A DNA stretch of 41,039 nucleotides, taken from positions 1 through 41,039 of the forward strand of contig NIVC01004595.1 of assembly GCA_002269645.1 (NCBI GenBank), read 5' to 3'. A program made the position numbers and the translations under genes. Below the pieces are notes generated by a model. The model did not search any database. It was not told the origin of the DNA and worked only from the letters and a program-made list of their open reading frames with translations. The stretch is from Macrostomum lignano (lineage: Eukaryota). Shown here piece after piece: positions 21,544 through 34,376 of the stretch; position 1 is the first letter of the stretch, and each line of letters opens with the position of its first letter.

Positions 21544-22444
21544 TCTATATATACTAAAGTTGACGCGTTGTTTGTCTGTCTGTGTGTCATTTCGACAACT
21601 CCTCCTTGAATAGTGGCAACTCAGCGTTGAAACTTATATGGGAAGATTGGAAATTATCCGAGGTCGGCTATAGGCTATTTTAATTCTGAAATTTTAATTT
21701 CTAAGATCCTCAAAAAAGCAGAAAACGGCGGTCTTGACCTTTGATAATCTTAATTGTCCCTCTTTCTGCTTGGAGCTGAAAATTTGCATGAATTTCAAGT
21801 GATTGCGCCACAACTTTTCCCTATCTCTGCAGTGTATTTTCTCTCCAGTGGGGGGATGGGGCGTTCTAAATGGCTGCCTGTGTACAATCGGACCCTGGCT
21901 CACTGGCTGACTGTATAGACAATTGCGCAAAGATTTGTGTTCTAATTTTCAATAGGCAGCCCTGTGATTTTGTTGAACCTTGAAATTCAATGCATAAACT
22001 TGCGGGCCTCTTTAGCAGGCAGTGAACGTACAATTGATATTTCAATGCTTTAAATCAGAAAGTTTCAAACGCAAACTGTTGCTCGAGTTTTTAACTTTGA
22101 GAGAAAAAATTAATATTGCTGGAAAGAACTTGCAAAGCTGATTTCAGGGATATAAATTGTTTGCTTTAAATATGAAAATAAAAAGCACAGCATTGAAAAA
22201 ACTATTTCCATACTTTTAACTTTCTGCAAAAATTGTACTCAGTTTTGCGAGACGTAATAGATAAAGTTGGGGGAGAGTTCAACTTCTCACTGCTGCTGTG
22301 TATTGGAGGGTTGATTTAGATTGCGCAATGTTTTTCTTAACTTTAACTGAGACTGATACTGACTGACTGAGAAATCGGTTGCGCAATCAATTGATTCAAT
22401 TGGTTCAATTTTTTATTTGAACACGCAGCTGTGTGTAGCTTTAA

Positions 22445-22474
22445 CCCTAACCCTAACCCTAACAATAACCCTAA
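22445..22474 (-). repeat. Interstitial telomere-like tract with CAATAA variant
   Basis: (CCCTAA)3 CAATAA CCCTAA. Confidence 0.9.
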
Positions 22475-22679
22475 CCAATGAATCCTGATATTTATTTTTT
22501 TGACGGAGAAAATTTCGATTGAGTCCAGTTTAAAAGAGAGAATTTCGATGGTTTTCAGTTTCACGGAAAGGATTTCAAAGGAGTCCAGTTTCACGGAGAG
22601 GATTTCGATGGTTTTCAGTTGCACGGACAGGATTTCTGCTTCGCGGAGAGGATCTTGATGGATTTGCATCTTCAATCAG

Positions 22680-23680
22680 TCAGAGAAAAGAGTAAAGAGA
22701 AGAATGAAAGCAGAAGAGAGATGAGATGATAGAAAACAGAGTAGAAATAAGTGGAGATATTAGACATGACAGATTGGAGAGAAGAGGGGATTTAGGCGGG
22801 AACGAAGAGGGAGAGAGAAGAAAAGAGGAGAGAGGAGAGAAAATAGATTAGGGATAAGAGCGTACAGAGAAAATAGAAGAGAGGGGAGAGTAGAGGAGAA
22901 AGAAAGAGTGAGATGAGGGGATGAGGGATGAGAGAGGAGGGAGACAGAGAGACAAGAAAGGAGAAAAGAGGGGAGAAAGGAGAAAGGAGAGAGTAGAGAC
23001 GAAGGACCAGTTAGAAGATATAAATACGGTAGTAGAGATGAGAGGAGAGATAGGAGAGAGAAGCGAGAGAAGAAGCGAGAGGAGAAGAGAAAGAGGAGAG
23101 AGGAGAGAGATGAAATAGATAAGAGAGTTAAGAGAGGAAAGTAGTGAGGAGAGGAGAGATGAGAGATGCGATGATAAGAGATGAGTGAGAACATAAGAGA
23201 GAAGAGAGAAGAGATTAGAGAAGAGAGGGGAGAAGATAAAAGGAGAAGGGGAGGAGAAAAGAGAGAATGGAGAGGATAGAAAAGAGAGAAGAGAAGAGAC
23301 AGGGAAAAGTGGAAAGGAGGAAAGAAAGATTGAGACAAGTAAGTGGAGTGTGAGAGCGTATATGAGATATGAGAAATGAGAGCAGAGAGGAAAGAAAAGA
23401 GAAGAGAGAGAGGGTTAAGAGAGACGATAGATAAGTGAATAGGGATGACATATAAAAGAGGAGAGAAGAGGGAGAGATAAGAGAGAAGAGAGAAGACAGG
23501 AGACAGAAGTGAAGAGGAGAGATATGAGAGAAGAGAGGAGACAAGAGACAGGAGAGGGTACAGACGAAAGACGAGGGAGAAAACATAAATAAGGGAGTAC
23601 GGGTAGAGATGAGATGAGAGAGAGGAGAGAGAAGAGAGTCACGATAATAGCACAGAGTGGAGAGAGTAGATATGAGAGAC
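22680..23680 (+). repeat. Polypurine GA-rich low-complexity tract
   Basis: As above; homologous tracts at ~26030-26500, 27930-28940 and 31340-32350. Confidence 0.9.
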
Positions 23681-23847
23681 GTGAGAGTCTTTGAGCTATG
23701 GTCTTTGAAAGGTTTTCTAAAGAATTTGGAGACGATTTGGAAGATAGGGTTCAAGACATGGAATTTCAGTTGATGGATATTTCAGGGAATGGAATTCCGG
23801 TGATGGGAGTTCTTCCCCTTTCTCCTCCGAAGGAGGAGTTCCACTCG

Positions 23848-26674
23848 TATATACTAAAGTTGACGTGTTGTTTGTCTGTCTGTCTGTCTGTGTGTGTGTG
23901 TGTCATTTCGACAACTCCTCCTTGAATAGTGGCAACTCAGCGTTGAAACTTATATGGGAAGATTGGAAATTATCCGAGGTCGGCTATAGGCTATTTTAAT
24001 TCTGAAATTTTAATTTCTAAGATCCTCAAAAAAGCAGAAAACGGCGGTCTTGACCTTTGATAATCTTAATTGTCCCCTCTTTCTGCTTGGAGCTGAAAAT
24101 TTGCATGAATTTCAAGTGATTGCGCCACAACTTTTCCCTATCTCTGCAGTGTATTTTCTCTCCAGTGGGGGGATGGGGCGTTCTAAATGGCTGCCTGTGT
24201 ACAATCGGACCCTGGCTCACTGGCTGACTGTATAGATAATTGCGCAATGATATGCTACTGATAAGTTTTCCTGCCTCTCAATGGCAGCCCTGTGTATTTG
24301 TTGGACATTTAAATTAGCAGGCAGTGAACGTACAATCGATATTTCAATGCTTTAAATCAGAAAGTTTCAAACGCAAACTGTTGCTCGAGTTTTTAACTTT
24401 GAGAGAAAAAATTTATATTGCTGGAAAGAATTTGCAAAGCTGATTTCAGGGATATAAATTGTTTGCTTTAAATATGAAAACTAAAAGCTCTGCATTGCAA
24501 AAACTATTTCCATACTTTAAACTTTCTGCAAAGATTGTACTCATTTTAGGATTTCAATGGCGTTCGACCGACCCCCAACAGTTAGGAGGTCGGTCGGTGT
24601 GTATTTGAGGGTTGATTTAGATTGCGCAATCTGTTTGTTAACTTTAACTGAGACTGATACTGACTAACACAGAAATATATTGCACAATCAATTGATTCAA
24701 TTGGTTCATTTTTTATTATCGGCCCTGTGTATTAGTTTGGCAGTGAAATTCAATGAATAAACTTGCGAGCTTCTCTAGACAGAAGTCGGAAATCGGTAAA
24801 TTTCAAACGCTAACTGTTCCTCGAGTTTTAAACTTTCAGAGGAGAAACATATATTGCTGGAAAGATCTTGCAACGCTGAGTTCGGGGATATAAGTTGTTT
24901 GCTTTAAATATAAAAAGAAAAAGCACAGCATTGAAAAAACTATTTCCATGCTTTTAACTTTCTGCAAAAATTGTGCTCAGTTTTGCGAGACGTAATAGAT
25001 AAAGTTGGGGGGAGGGTTCAACTTCTCACTGCTGCTGTGTATTGGAGGGTTGATTTAGATTGCGCAATGTGTTTGTTAACTTTAACTGAGACTGATACTG
25101 ACTGACTGTGAAATCGGTTGCACCATCAATTTGTTTTATTATCTGTGCCTTTCAATACGCTGCCCTGTGTAATAGCCGGCCTGTGTAATGAATGAATCAA
25201 CTTGCGAGCCTCTTTGGCAGGCAGTGAACGTACACTCGATATTTTAATGCTTTAAAACGGAAACTTTCAAACGCTAACTGCTCTTCGAGTTCTAAACTTT
25301 AAGAGAAGAGACTTATACTGCTGAAAAGATCTTGCAACGCTTAGTTCGAGGATATAAATTGTTAGCTTTCAATATAAAGACTAAAAGAGCAGCATCAAAA
25401 AAACTATTTCCATACTTTTAGCTTTATGCAAAGATTGTACTCATTTTTTGGTTCAATGCCCCCAACAGATGGGGGTTCAATTTCTAACTGCCACAGCGTA
25501 TTGAAAAGGGGTCGGTCTCTGTGTACTGGAGGGTTGATTTAGATTGCGCAATGTTTTTGTTAACTTTAACTGAGGCTGATACTGACTGACTGTGAAATCG
25601 GTTGCGCAATGAATTGATTCAATTAGTTCAATAATTTTATCAGTGCCTTTTAACACGAAGCTGTGCGTAGTTCTAACCCAAACCCTAACCCTAACCCTAA
25701 CCAATGAATCCGGAGAGTTGAGTTGTTTGACGGAAAAAATTCGATTGAGTCCAGTTTAGCGGAGACGATTTCAATGTTTTAATTTTGACGGAGAGGATTT
25801 CTGTTTCGTGGAGAGGATTTCGATGGTGTTCAGTTTCACGGAGAGGATTTCTGTTTCGCAGAGATAATTTATGACTGATTTCTGTTTTATGGAGACGATT
25901 TTGATGGATTTAAGTTTCAAGGAGAGGATTTCGAAGGAGTCCAGTTTCACGGAGAGGATTTCGATGGTTTTCAGTTGCACCGACAGGATTTTTCTGCTTC
26001 GCGGAGAGCATTTGGCATCTTCAATCAGTCAGAGAAAAGAGTAAAGAGAAGAATGAAAAGAGAAGAGAGATGAGATGATAGAAAACAGAGCAGAAATGAG
26101 TGGAGAGATTAGACCTGACAGATAGGAGAGAAGAGGGGAGTAAGGCGGGAACGAAGTAGAGAGAAGAGAAGAGGAGAGAGGAGATGAGAGGGGAGATATG
26201 AGATAGCAGAGGGAGACAAGAGAGATGATAGGAGAGAGAATAGAGATGTGAGATAAGAGCGTACAGAGGAAATAGAAGAGAGGGAGAGTAGAAGGGAAAG
26301 AAAGAGTCAGATGAGGGATGAGAGATGAGAGAGGAGGGGAGAGAGAAGAGAGGAAAAAAGAGGGGAGAAATGAGACAAGAGAGAGTAGAGACGAAAGACC
26401 AGGGAGAAGATATAAATAAGGTAGTAGAGATGAGAGGAGAGAGAGGGGAGAGAAGAGAGTCACGATCACGATAATAGCGAACAGAGGAGAGAGGAGATAT
26501 GAGAGACGTGAGAGTCTTTGAGCTATGTTCTTTGAAAGGTTTTGTAAAGAATTTGGAGACGATTTGGAAGATAGGGTTCAAGACATGAAATTTCAGTTGA
26601 TGGATATTTCAGGGAATGGAATTCCGGTGATGGGAGTTCTTCCCCTTTCTCCTCCGAAGGAGGAGTTCCACTCG
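23848..26674 (+). mobile_element. Non-autonomous Helitron unit (2827 bp, internal module x3)
   Basis: Family 5' end; hairpin 26649-26665; CTCG. Confidence 0.8.
25677..25700 (-). repeat. Interstitial telomere-like tract
   Basis: CCCAAA (CCCTAA)3. Confidence 0.9.
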
Positions 26675-27602
26675 TCTCTCTATACTAAAGTTGACGCGTT
26701 GTTTGTCTGTCTGTCTGTCTGTCATTTCGACAACTCCTCCTTGAATAGTGGCAACTCAGCGTTGAAACTTATATGGGAAGATTGGAAATAATCCGAGGTC
26801 GGCTATAGGCTATTTTAATTCTGAAATTTTAATTTCTTAGATCCTCAAAAAAGCAGAAAACTTGAATCTTGACCTTTGATAATCTTAATTGTCCCCTCTT
26901 TCTGCTTGGAGCTGAAAAAATGCATGAATTTTTAGTGATTGCGCCACAACTTTTCCCTATCTCTGTAGTGTATTTTCTTTCCTGTGGGGGGTGGGAGCGT
27001 TCTCAGTGGCTGCGTGTGTACACTTGGACCCTGGCTCACTGGCTGACTGTATAGATAATTGCGCAATGATATGGCTACTGATAAGTTTTCCTGCCTTTCA
27101 ATGGGCAGCCCTGTGTATTTGTTGGACATTGAAATTCAAGGCATCAACTTGCAAGCAGGCAGTCAACGTACACTCGATACTTCAATGCTATAAATCAGAC
27201 AGTTTTAAACGCTAACTGTTCTTCGAGTTTTAAACTTTGATAGGAGAAACTGATATTGCTGGAAAGATCTTGCAACGCTGAGTTCGGGGATATAAGTTGT
27301 TTGCTTTAAATATGAAAAGAAAAAGCACAGCATTTGAAAAAGTATTTCCATACTTTTAACTTTCTGCAAAAATTGTACTCAGTTTTGCGAGACGTAATAG
27401 ACAAAGTTGGGGGGAGGGTTCAACTTCTCACTGCTGCTGTGTATTGGAGGGTTGATTTAGATTGCGCAATGTTTTTAATAACTTTAACTGAGACTGATAC
27501 TGACTGACTGTGAAATCGGTTGCGCAATGAATTGATTCAATTATTGCAATAGTTCAATATTTTTATCAGTGCCTTTTAACACGAAGCTGTGTGTAGTTCT
27601 AA

Positions 27603-27632
27603 CCCTAACCCTAACCCTAACCCTAACCCTAA
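27603..27632 (-). repeat. Interstitial (TTAGGG)5 tract
   Basis: (CCCTAA)5 on +. Confidence 0.9.
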
Positions 27633-28031
27633 CCAATGAATCCGGAGAGTTAAGTTGTTTGACGGAAAAAAAATTGATTGAGTCCAGTTAGCGGAGACGA
27701 TTTCAATGTTTTAATTTTGACGGAGAGGATTTCTGCTTCGTGGAGAGGATTTCGATGGTGTTCAGTTTCACGGAGAGTATTTCTGTTTCGCGGAGATAAT
27801 TTATGATTGATTTCTGTTTTATGGAGACGATTTTAATGGATTTAAGTTTCAAGGAGAGGATTTCGATGGTTTTCAGTTGCACGGACTGCTTTGCGGAGAG
27901 GATCTTGATGAATTTGGCATCTTCAATCAGTCAGAGAAGAGAGTAAAGAGAAGAATGAAAAGAGAAGAGAGATGAGATGATAGAAAACAGAGTAGAAATG
28001 AGTGGAGAGATTAGACATGACAGATGGGAGA

Positions 28032-28091
28032 CTTAGCTGCAGGGCTGTCCCGGGGGACACAGCGGGAAGGCGCGAACGCCCATTCCGCTAA
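28032..28091. other. 60-bp GC-rich insertion flanked by a 12-bp target-site duplication
   Basis: ACAGATGGGAGA at 28020-28031 and 28092-28103; the site is single-copy and empty in sister units. Confidence 0.85.
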
Positions 28092-29105
28092 ACAGATGGG
28101 AGAGAAGAGGGGAGTAAGGCCGGAACAAAGGAGGGAGAAGAGAAAAGGAGATAGGAGATGAGAGGGGAGATATGAGATAACAGAGGGAGACAAGAGAGAT
28201 GATAGGATAGAGAATAGATGAGAGATAAGAGCGTACAGAGGAAATAGAAGAGAGGGGAAAGTAGAGGAGAAAGAAAGAGTGAGATGAAGGATGAGAGATG
28301 AGAGAGGAGGGGAGAGAGAAGAGAGGAGAAAAGAGGGGAGGAAGGAGACAGGAGAGAGTAGAGACGAGAGATCAGGGAGAAGATATAAATAAGGTAGTAG
28401 AGATGAGAGGAGAGAGAGGAGAGAGAAGCGAAAGGAGAAGAGAGAGAGGAGAGAGGAGAGATGAAAGATGTGATGAGAAGAGATGATTGAGAACATAAGA
28501 GAGAAGAGATTAGAGATTAGAGAAGAGAGGGGAGAAGATGAAAGGAGCAGGGAGAGGAGAAAAGAGAGAATGGAGAGGATAGAAAAGAGAGAAGAGAAGA
28601 GACACGGGATAGGGAAAGGAGGAAAGAAAGATGGGAGACAAGAAAGTAGAGTGTGAGAGCGTATATGAGATTTGAGAAATGAGAGCAGAGAGGAAAGAAA
28701 AGAGAAGAGAGAGAGGGTTAAGAGAGACGATAGATAAGTGAGTAGAGATGACATATGAGAGAGGAGAGAAGAGGGAGAGATAAGAGAGAAGAGACGGGAC
28801 AAGAGACAGGAGAGGGTACAGACGAAAGACGAGGGAGAAGAGATAAATAAGGGAGTAGGGGTAGAGATGAGATGAGAGAGAGGAGAGAGAGGAGAGTCAC
28901 GATAATAGCGAAGAAAGGAGAGAGGAGATATGAGAGACGTAAGAGTCTTTGAGCTATGGTCTTAGAAAGGTTTGTAAAGAATTTGGAGACGATTTGAAAG
29001 ATAGGGTTCAAGACATGGAATTTCAGTTGATGGATATTTCAGGGAATGGAATTCCGGTGATGGGAGTTCTTCCCCTTTCTCCTCCGAAAGGAGGAGTTCC
29101 ACTCG

Positions 29106-30227
29106 TCCTAATACTAAAGTTAGTGCGATGTTTGTGCGTCCGTTTGTTGCATAACTCCTCCCAGACTACTTGCAAGTCAGTGTTGAAACTTATATGGGAA
29201 GACTGCAAATTGTCCGAGGATGGCTTTAGGCTATTAAATTTTTGCATTTTCATATTTTAAGATCCCCAAAGAAGCAGAAATAGTATAACAATAGGGATTA
29301 CGATCACCTTGCGCAACTCTTAATGATTACGCCACAACAGCTGGCCTATCTGTGTAGTGTATTCTTTTAACTGAGGGGGTGTAGCCGGGCCGGTTGACAA
29401 TTTTTTTTAGTGATTGCGCCACAACTGTGTGCACTGTTTTTTAGCGATTGCGCTGTGTGCACTGAGCAATGGAGCAAATAGAACCCCCCGTGTTAGGGGT
29501 GTTGAGGCGGCAGTGAAATTCAATGAATAAACGTGCGAGCCTCCCACTGTAGCAGGCAGTGAATGTACTCTTAAAAATTCAATGCTCTAAATCAGAAAAA
29601 TTTAAACGTTAACTGTTCCTCGAGTTTTAAACTTTAAAGGAAGACACTTATATTGCTGGAAAGATCTTGCAACGCTGAGTTCGGGAATATAATTTGTTTG
29701 CTTTAAATGTGAAAAGAAAAGGCGCAGCATTCGAAAGACTATTTTCATACTTTTAACTTTTTTTAAAGATTGTGCTCATTTTTGCGAGACATAATAGATA
29801 AAGTTCGAGGGTTGAATTTCTAATTGCTCAGTGTGCTTTAGTGGGGGGGGGGGCGGTCACTGTGTACTGGAGGGTTGATTTTGATTGCGCAATCTTTTTG
29901 TTAACTTTAACTGAGACTGATACTGACTGACTGACTGAGAAATACATTGCGCAATCAATTGATCAATCAATTAAATCTTTTTATCGGCGCTTTTCAGCAC
30001 GCAGCTGTGTGCAGCTCTAACCCTAACCCTAACCAATGAATCCTGAGTGTTGAGTTCTTTTTGACGGAGAAAATTTTGATTCAGTCCAGTTTCACGGAGA
30101 GGATTTCGATGGTGTTCAGTTTCGCGGAGCTTAGTTAAGTAATGGGATTCAGCTGATGGATTTCAGGGAATGGAACTCCGGTGATGGGAGTTCTTCCCTT
30201 TCTCCTCCATCGGAGGAGTTGGTCTCG
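29106..30227 (+). mobile_element. Non-autonomous Helitron unit (1122 bp, shortest, no GA tract)
   Basis: TCCTAATACTAAAG start; hairpin with ATC loop 30202-30218; CTCG. Confidence 0.8.
30021..30032 (-). repeat. Interstitial (TTAGGG)2 tract
   Basis: (CCCTAA)2 at the homologous position. Confidence 0.8.
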
Positions 30228-32050
30228 TCTCTATATACTAAAGTTGGTGCGATGTTTGTGTGTTTGTTTGTCTGTTGCATAACTCCTCCTAGAATACTTG
30301 CAACTCAGCGTTGAAACTTATATTGGAAAACTGCAAATTTTCCGAGGATGGCTTTAGGCTATTTTAATCTTTCATTTTTACATTTTAAGATCCCTAAAAA
30401 AGCAGAAAACGGCGGTTTTGACCTTTGATAATCTTATTTGTCCCCTCTTTCTGCTTGGAGCTGAAAAAATGCACGAATTTTTAGTGATTGCGCCACAACT
30501 TTTCCCTATCTCTGTAGTGTATTTTCTTTCCAGTGGGGGGTGGGAGCGTTCTCAGTGGCTGCGTGTGTACACTTGGACCCTGGCTTACTGGCTGACTGTA
30601 TAGATAATTGCGCAATGATATGGCTACTGATAAGTTTTCCTGCCTCTCAATGGGCAGCCCTGTGTATTTGTTGGACATTGAAATTCAATGCATCAACTTG
30701 CAAGCAGGCAGTGAACGTACACTCCATACTTCAATGCTATAAATCAGACAGTTTCAAACGCTAACTGTTCCTCGAGTTTTAAACTTTGAGAGAAGAGACT
30801 TATATTGCTGGAAAGATCTTGCAACGCTGAGTTCGGGGATATAAATTGTTTGCTTTAAATATGAAAAGAAAAAGCACAGCATTTGAAAAACTATTTCCAT
30901 ACTTTTAACTTTTTGCAAATATTGTACTCAGTTTTGCAAGACGTAATAGATAAAGTTGGGGGAGGGTTCAACTTCTCACTACTGCTGTGGATTGGAGGGT
31001 TGATTTAGATTGCGCAATCTTTTTTTAACTTTAACTGAGACTGATACTGACTGACTGAGAAATCGGTTGCGCAATCAATTGATTCAATTGGTTCAATTTT
31101 TTATTTGGACACGCAGCTGTGTGTAGCTCTAACCCTGACCCTAACCCTAACAATAACCGTAACCAATGAATCCTGATATTTTATTCTTTTTGACGGAGAA
31201 AATTTCAATTGAGTCCAGTTTTAAAGAGATCATTTCGATGGTTTTCAGTTTCACGAAGAGGATTTCGATGGTTTTCAGTTGCACAGACAAGATTGCTGCT
31301 TCGCGGAGAGGATCTTGATGTATTTGGCATCTTCAATCAGTCAGAGAAGAGAGTAAAGAGAAGAATGAAAAAAGAAAAGAGATGAGATGATAGACAATAG
31401 AGTAGAAATGAGTGGAGAGATTAGACATGACAGATGGAAGAGAAGAGGGGAGTAAGGCGGGGACGAAGGAGAGAGGAGATGAGAGGGGCGATATGAGATA
31501 GCAAAGGGAGAAAAGAGAGATTATAGGAGAGAGAATAGATGAGGGATAAGAGCATACAGAGGAAATAGAAGAGAGGGGAGAGTAGAGGAGAACGAAAAAG
31601 TGAGATGGGGATGAGAAATGAGAGAGGAGGGGAGAGAGAAGAGAGGAGAAAAGAGGGGAGAAAGGAGACAGGAGAGAGTACAGAAGAAAGACCACTGAGA
31701 AGATATAAATAAGGTAGTAGAGATGAGAGGAGAGAGAGGAGAGAGAAGCGAAAGGAGAAGAAAGAGAGGAGAGAGGAGAGAGATGAAAGATCAGAGATAA
31801 GAGAGTGTAGAGAGGAAAGTAGTGAGGAGAGGAGAGATGACAGATGCGATAAAAAGAGATGAGTGAGAACATAAGAGAGAAGAGATTAGAGATTAGAGAA
31901 GAGAGGGGAGAAGATGACAGGAGCAATGAAGAGGATAGAAAAGAGAGAAGAGAAGAGACAGGGGATAGTGGAAAGGAGGAAAGAAGGATGGGAGACAAGA
32001 AAGTAGAGTGTTAGAGCGTAAATGAGATATGAGAAATGAGAGCAGAGAGG

Positions 32051-32082
<32 letters not shown>

Positions 32083-32516
32083 GGTTAAGAGAGACGATAG
32101 ATAAGTGAGTAGAGATGACATATGAGAGAGGAGAGAAGAAGGAGAGATAGGAGAGAAGAGAGGAGACAAGAGAGAAGTGAAGAGGAGAGATATGAGACAA
32201 GAGAGGAGACAAGAGACAGGAGAGGGTACAGACGAAAGACGAGGGTGAAGACATAAATAAGGAAGTAGGGGTAGAGATGAGATGAGAGTGAGGAGAAAGA
32301 AGAGAGTCACTATAATAGCGAAGAGAGGAGAGAGGAGATATGAGAGACATGAAAGTCTTTGAGCTATGGTCTTTGAAAGGTTTTGCAAAAAAAATTGGAG
32401 AAGATTTGGAAGATAGGGTTCAAGACATGGAATTTCAGTTGATGGATATTTCAGGAAATAGAATTCCGGTGATGGAAGTTCTTCCCCTTTCTCCTCCGAA
32501 GGAGGAGTTCCACTCG
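30228..32516 (+). mobile_element. Non-autonomous Helitron unit (2289 bp)
   Basis: TCTCTATATACTAAAG start; hairpin 32491-32507; CTCG. Confidence 0.8.
31133..31162 (-). repeat. Interstitial degenerate telomere-like tract
   Basis: CCCTGA (CCCTAA)2 CAATAA CCGTAA. Confidence 0.8.
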
Positions 32517-34376
32517 TGTATACTAAAGTTGGTGCGATGTTTGTGTGTTTGTTTGTCTGTTGCATAACTCCTCCTAGAATACTTGCAACTCAGCGTTGAA
32601 ACTTATATTGGAAAACTGCAAATTTTCCGAGGATGGCTTTAGGCTATTTTAATCTTTCATTTTTACATTTTAAGATCCCTAAAAAAGCAGAAAACGGCGG
32701 TTTTGACCTTTGATAATCTTAATTGTACCCTCTTTCTGTTTGGAGCTGAAAATTTGCATGAATTTTGAGCGATTGCGCCATAACTTTCTCCTATCTCTGC
32801 AGTGTATTTTCTCTCCAGTGGGGGGATGGTCGCGTTCTCAGTGGCTGCGTGTGTACAATCGGACCCTAGCTCACTGGCTGATTGTATAGACAATTGCGCA
32901 ACGATATGTGTTCTGATTTTCAATAGGCTGCCCTGTGTAGTTTTGGACAGTGAAATTCAATGAATAAACTTGCGAGCCTCCCACTGCTGCAGGCAGTGAA
33001 CGTACACTCGATATTTCAATGCTTTAAATCAGAAAATTTCAAATGCTAACTGTTGCTCGATTTTTTAACTTTGAGAGGAGAGACTTATATTGCTGGAAAG
33101 AGTTTGTAGCGTTGAGTTCAGGGATATAGGTTTTTTGCTTTAAATATGAAAACTAAAAGCACAGCATTCAAAAACGATTTAAATACTTTTGCAAAGATTG
33201 TACTTATTTTTGCGATAGGTTAGAGATAAAGTTGGGGGGGTTCAACTTCTACTTGCCACTGCGTATTGGAAGGGGGCGGTGGCTGTGTATTGGATGGTTG
33301 ATTTAAATTGCGCAATCATTTTGCTAACTTGAACTGAGACTGATACTGGCTGACTGAGAAATCGATTGCTCAATCTGTTGCTTCAATTAGTTCAATTTTT
33401 TATTATTGGTGCCTTTCAACACGCAGCTATGTGTAGCTCTAACCCTAACCCTAACCCTAGCCACTGAATCCTGAGAGTTGAGTTCTGTTTGACAGAGAAA
33501 ATTTCGATTGAGTCCAGTTTCACGGAGAGGATCTTTTTGTCTTCGGAGAGGAGTTGGATGATGCAACTCGGGTTATGGAATTCAGCTAATGGAGTCCAGG
33601 AAATCGAATTCCGGTGATGGGAATTCTTCCGATGCGAGAGAAAAGAGAAAAGAGAACAGAGAAAAGAGATTATAGAAAAGAGAGTAGATATGAGAGAGGA
33701 GAGATTAGAGATTAGAGAAGAGAGGGGAGAAGATGAAAGGAGCAAGGAGAGGAGAGAAGAGAGAATGAAGAGGATAGAAAAGAGAGAAGAGAAGAGACGG
33801 GGATAGTGGAAAGGAGGAAAGAAAGATGGGAGACAAGAAAGTAGAGTCTGAGAGCGTACATGAGATATGAGAAATGAGAGCAGAGAGGAGAGAAAAGAGA
33901 AGAGAGAGGGTTAAGAGAGACGATAGATAAGTGAGTAGAGATGACATATGAGAGAGGAGAGAAGAGGGAGAGATAAGAGAGAAGAGAGGAGACAGGAGAC
34001 AGAAGTGAAGAGGAGAGATATGAAAGAAGAGAGGAGACAAGAGACAGGAGAGGGTACAGACGAAAGACGAAGGAGAAGAGATACATAAGGGAGTAGAGAT
34101 AAGAGGAGAGAGAGGAGAGACTAGATATAAGATAGCAAAGAAGAGAGAGCAGAGATGAGAGACTAGAGATGGAAAGCAGATTAGAGAGAAGAGATAAGAG
34201 ACTACACTGTAGAGATGAGAGGGCAAAGAGGAGAGCAAAAAGGCTTTACAGAGGATTTGGAGATGATTTGGAAGATGGGATTCAAGTCATGGAGTTTCAG
34301 CTGATTGATTTCAGGGAATGGAATTCCGGTGATGGGAGTTCTTCCCCTTTCTCCTCCGAAGGAGGAGTTCCACTCG
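32517..34376 (+). mobile_element. Non-autonomous Helitron unit (1860 bp, contains an aborted internal 3' end)
   Basis: Family 5' end; truncated terminal segment at ~33570-33630; final hairpin 34351-34367; CTCG. Confidence 0.8.
33443..33460 (-). repeat. Interstitial telomere-like tract
   Basis: (CCCTAA)2 CCCTAG. Confidence 0.8.

Larger units (their letters stand above)
21544..23847 (+). mobile_element. Non-autonomous Helitron unit (2304 bp)
   Basis: TCTATATATACTAAAG start; hairpin 23822-23838; CTCG. Confidence 0.8.
26675..29105 (+). mobile_element. Non-autonomous Helitron unit (2431 bp)
   Basis: TCTCTCTATACTAAAG start; hairpin with GAAA loop 29079-29096; CTCG. Confidence 0.8.

Noticed and set aside
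1317-25704. Minus-strand ORFs beginning MVRVRVRV (1317, 11633, 25477)
   Set aside because: VRVRVR is simply (TTAGGG)n translated; these ORFs are short and not conserved in frame.
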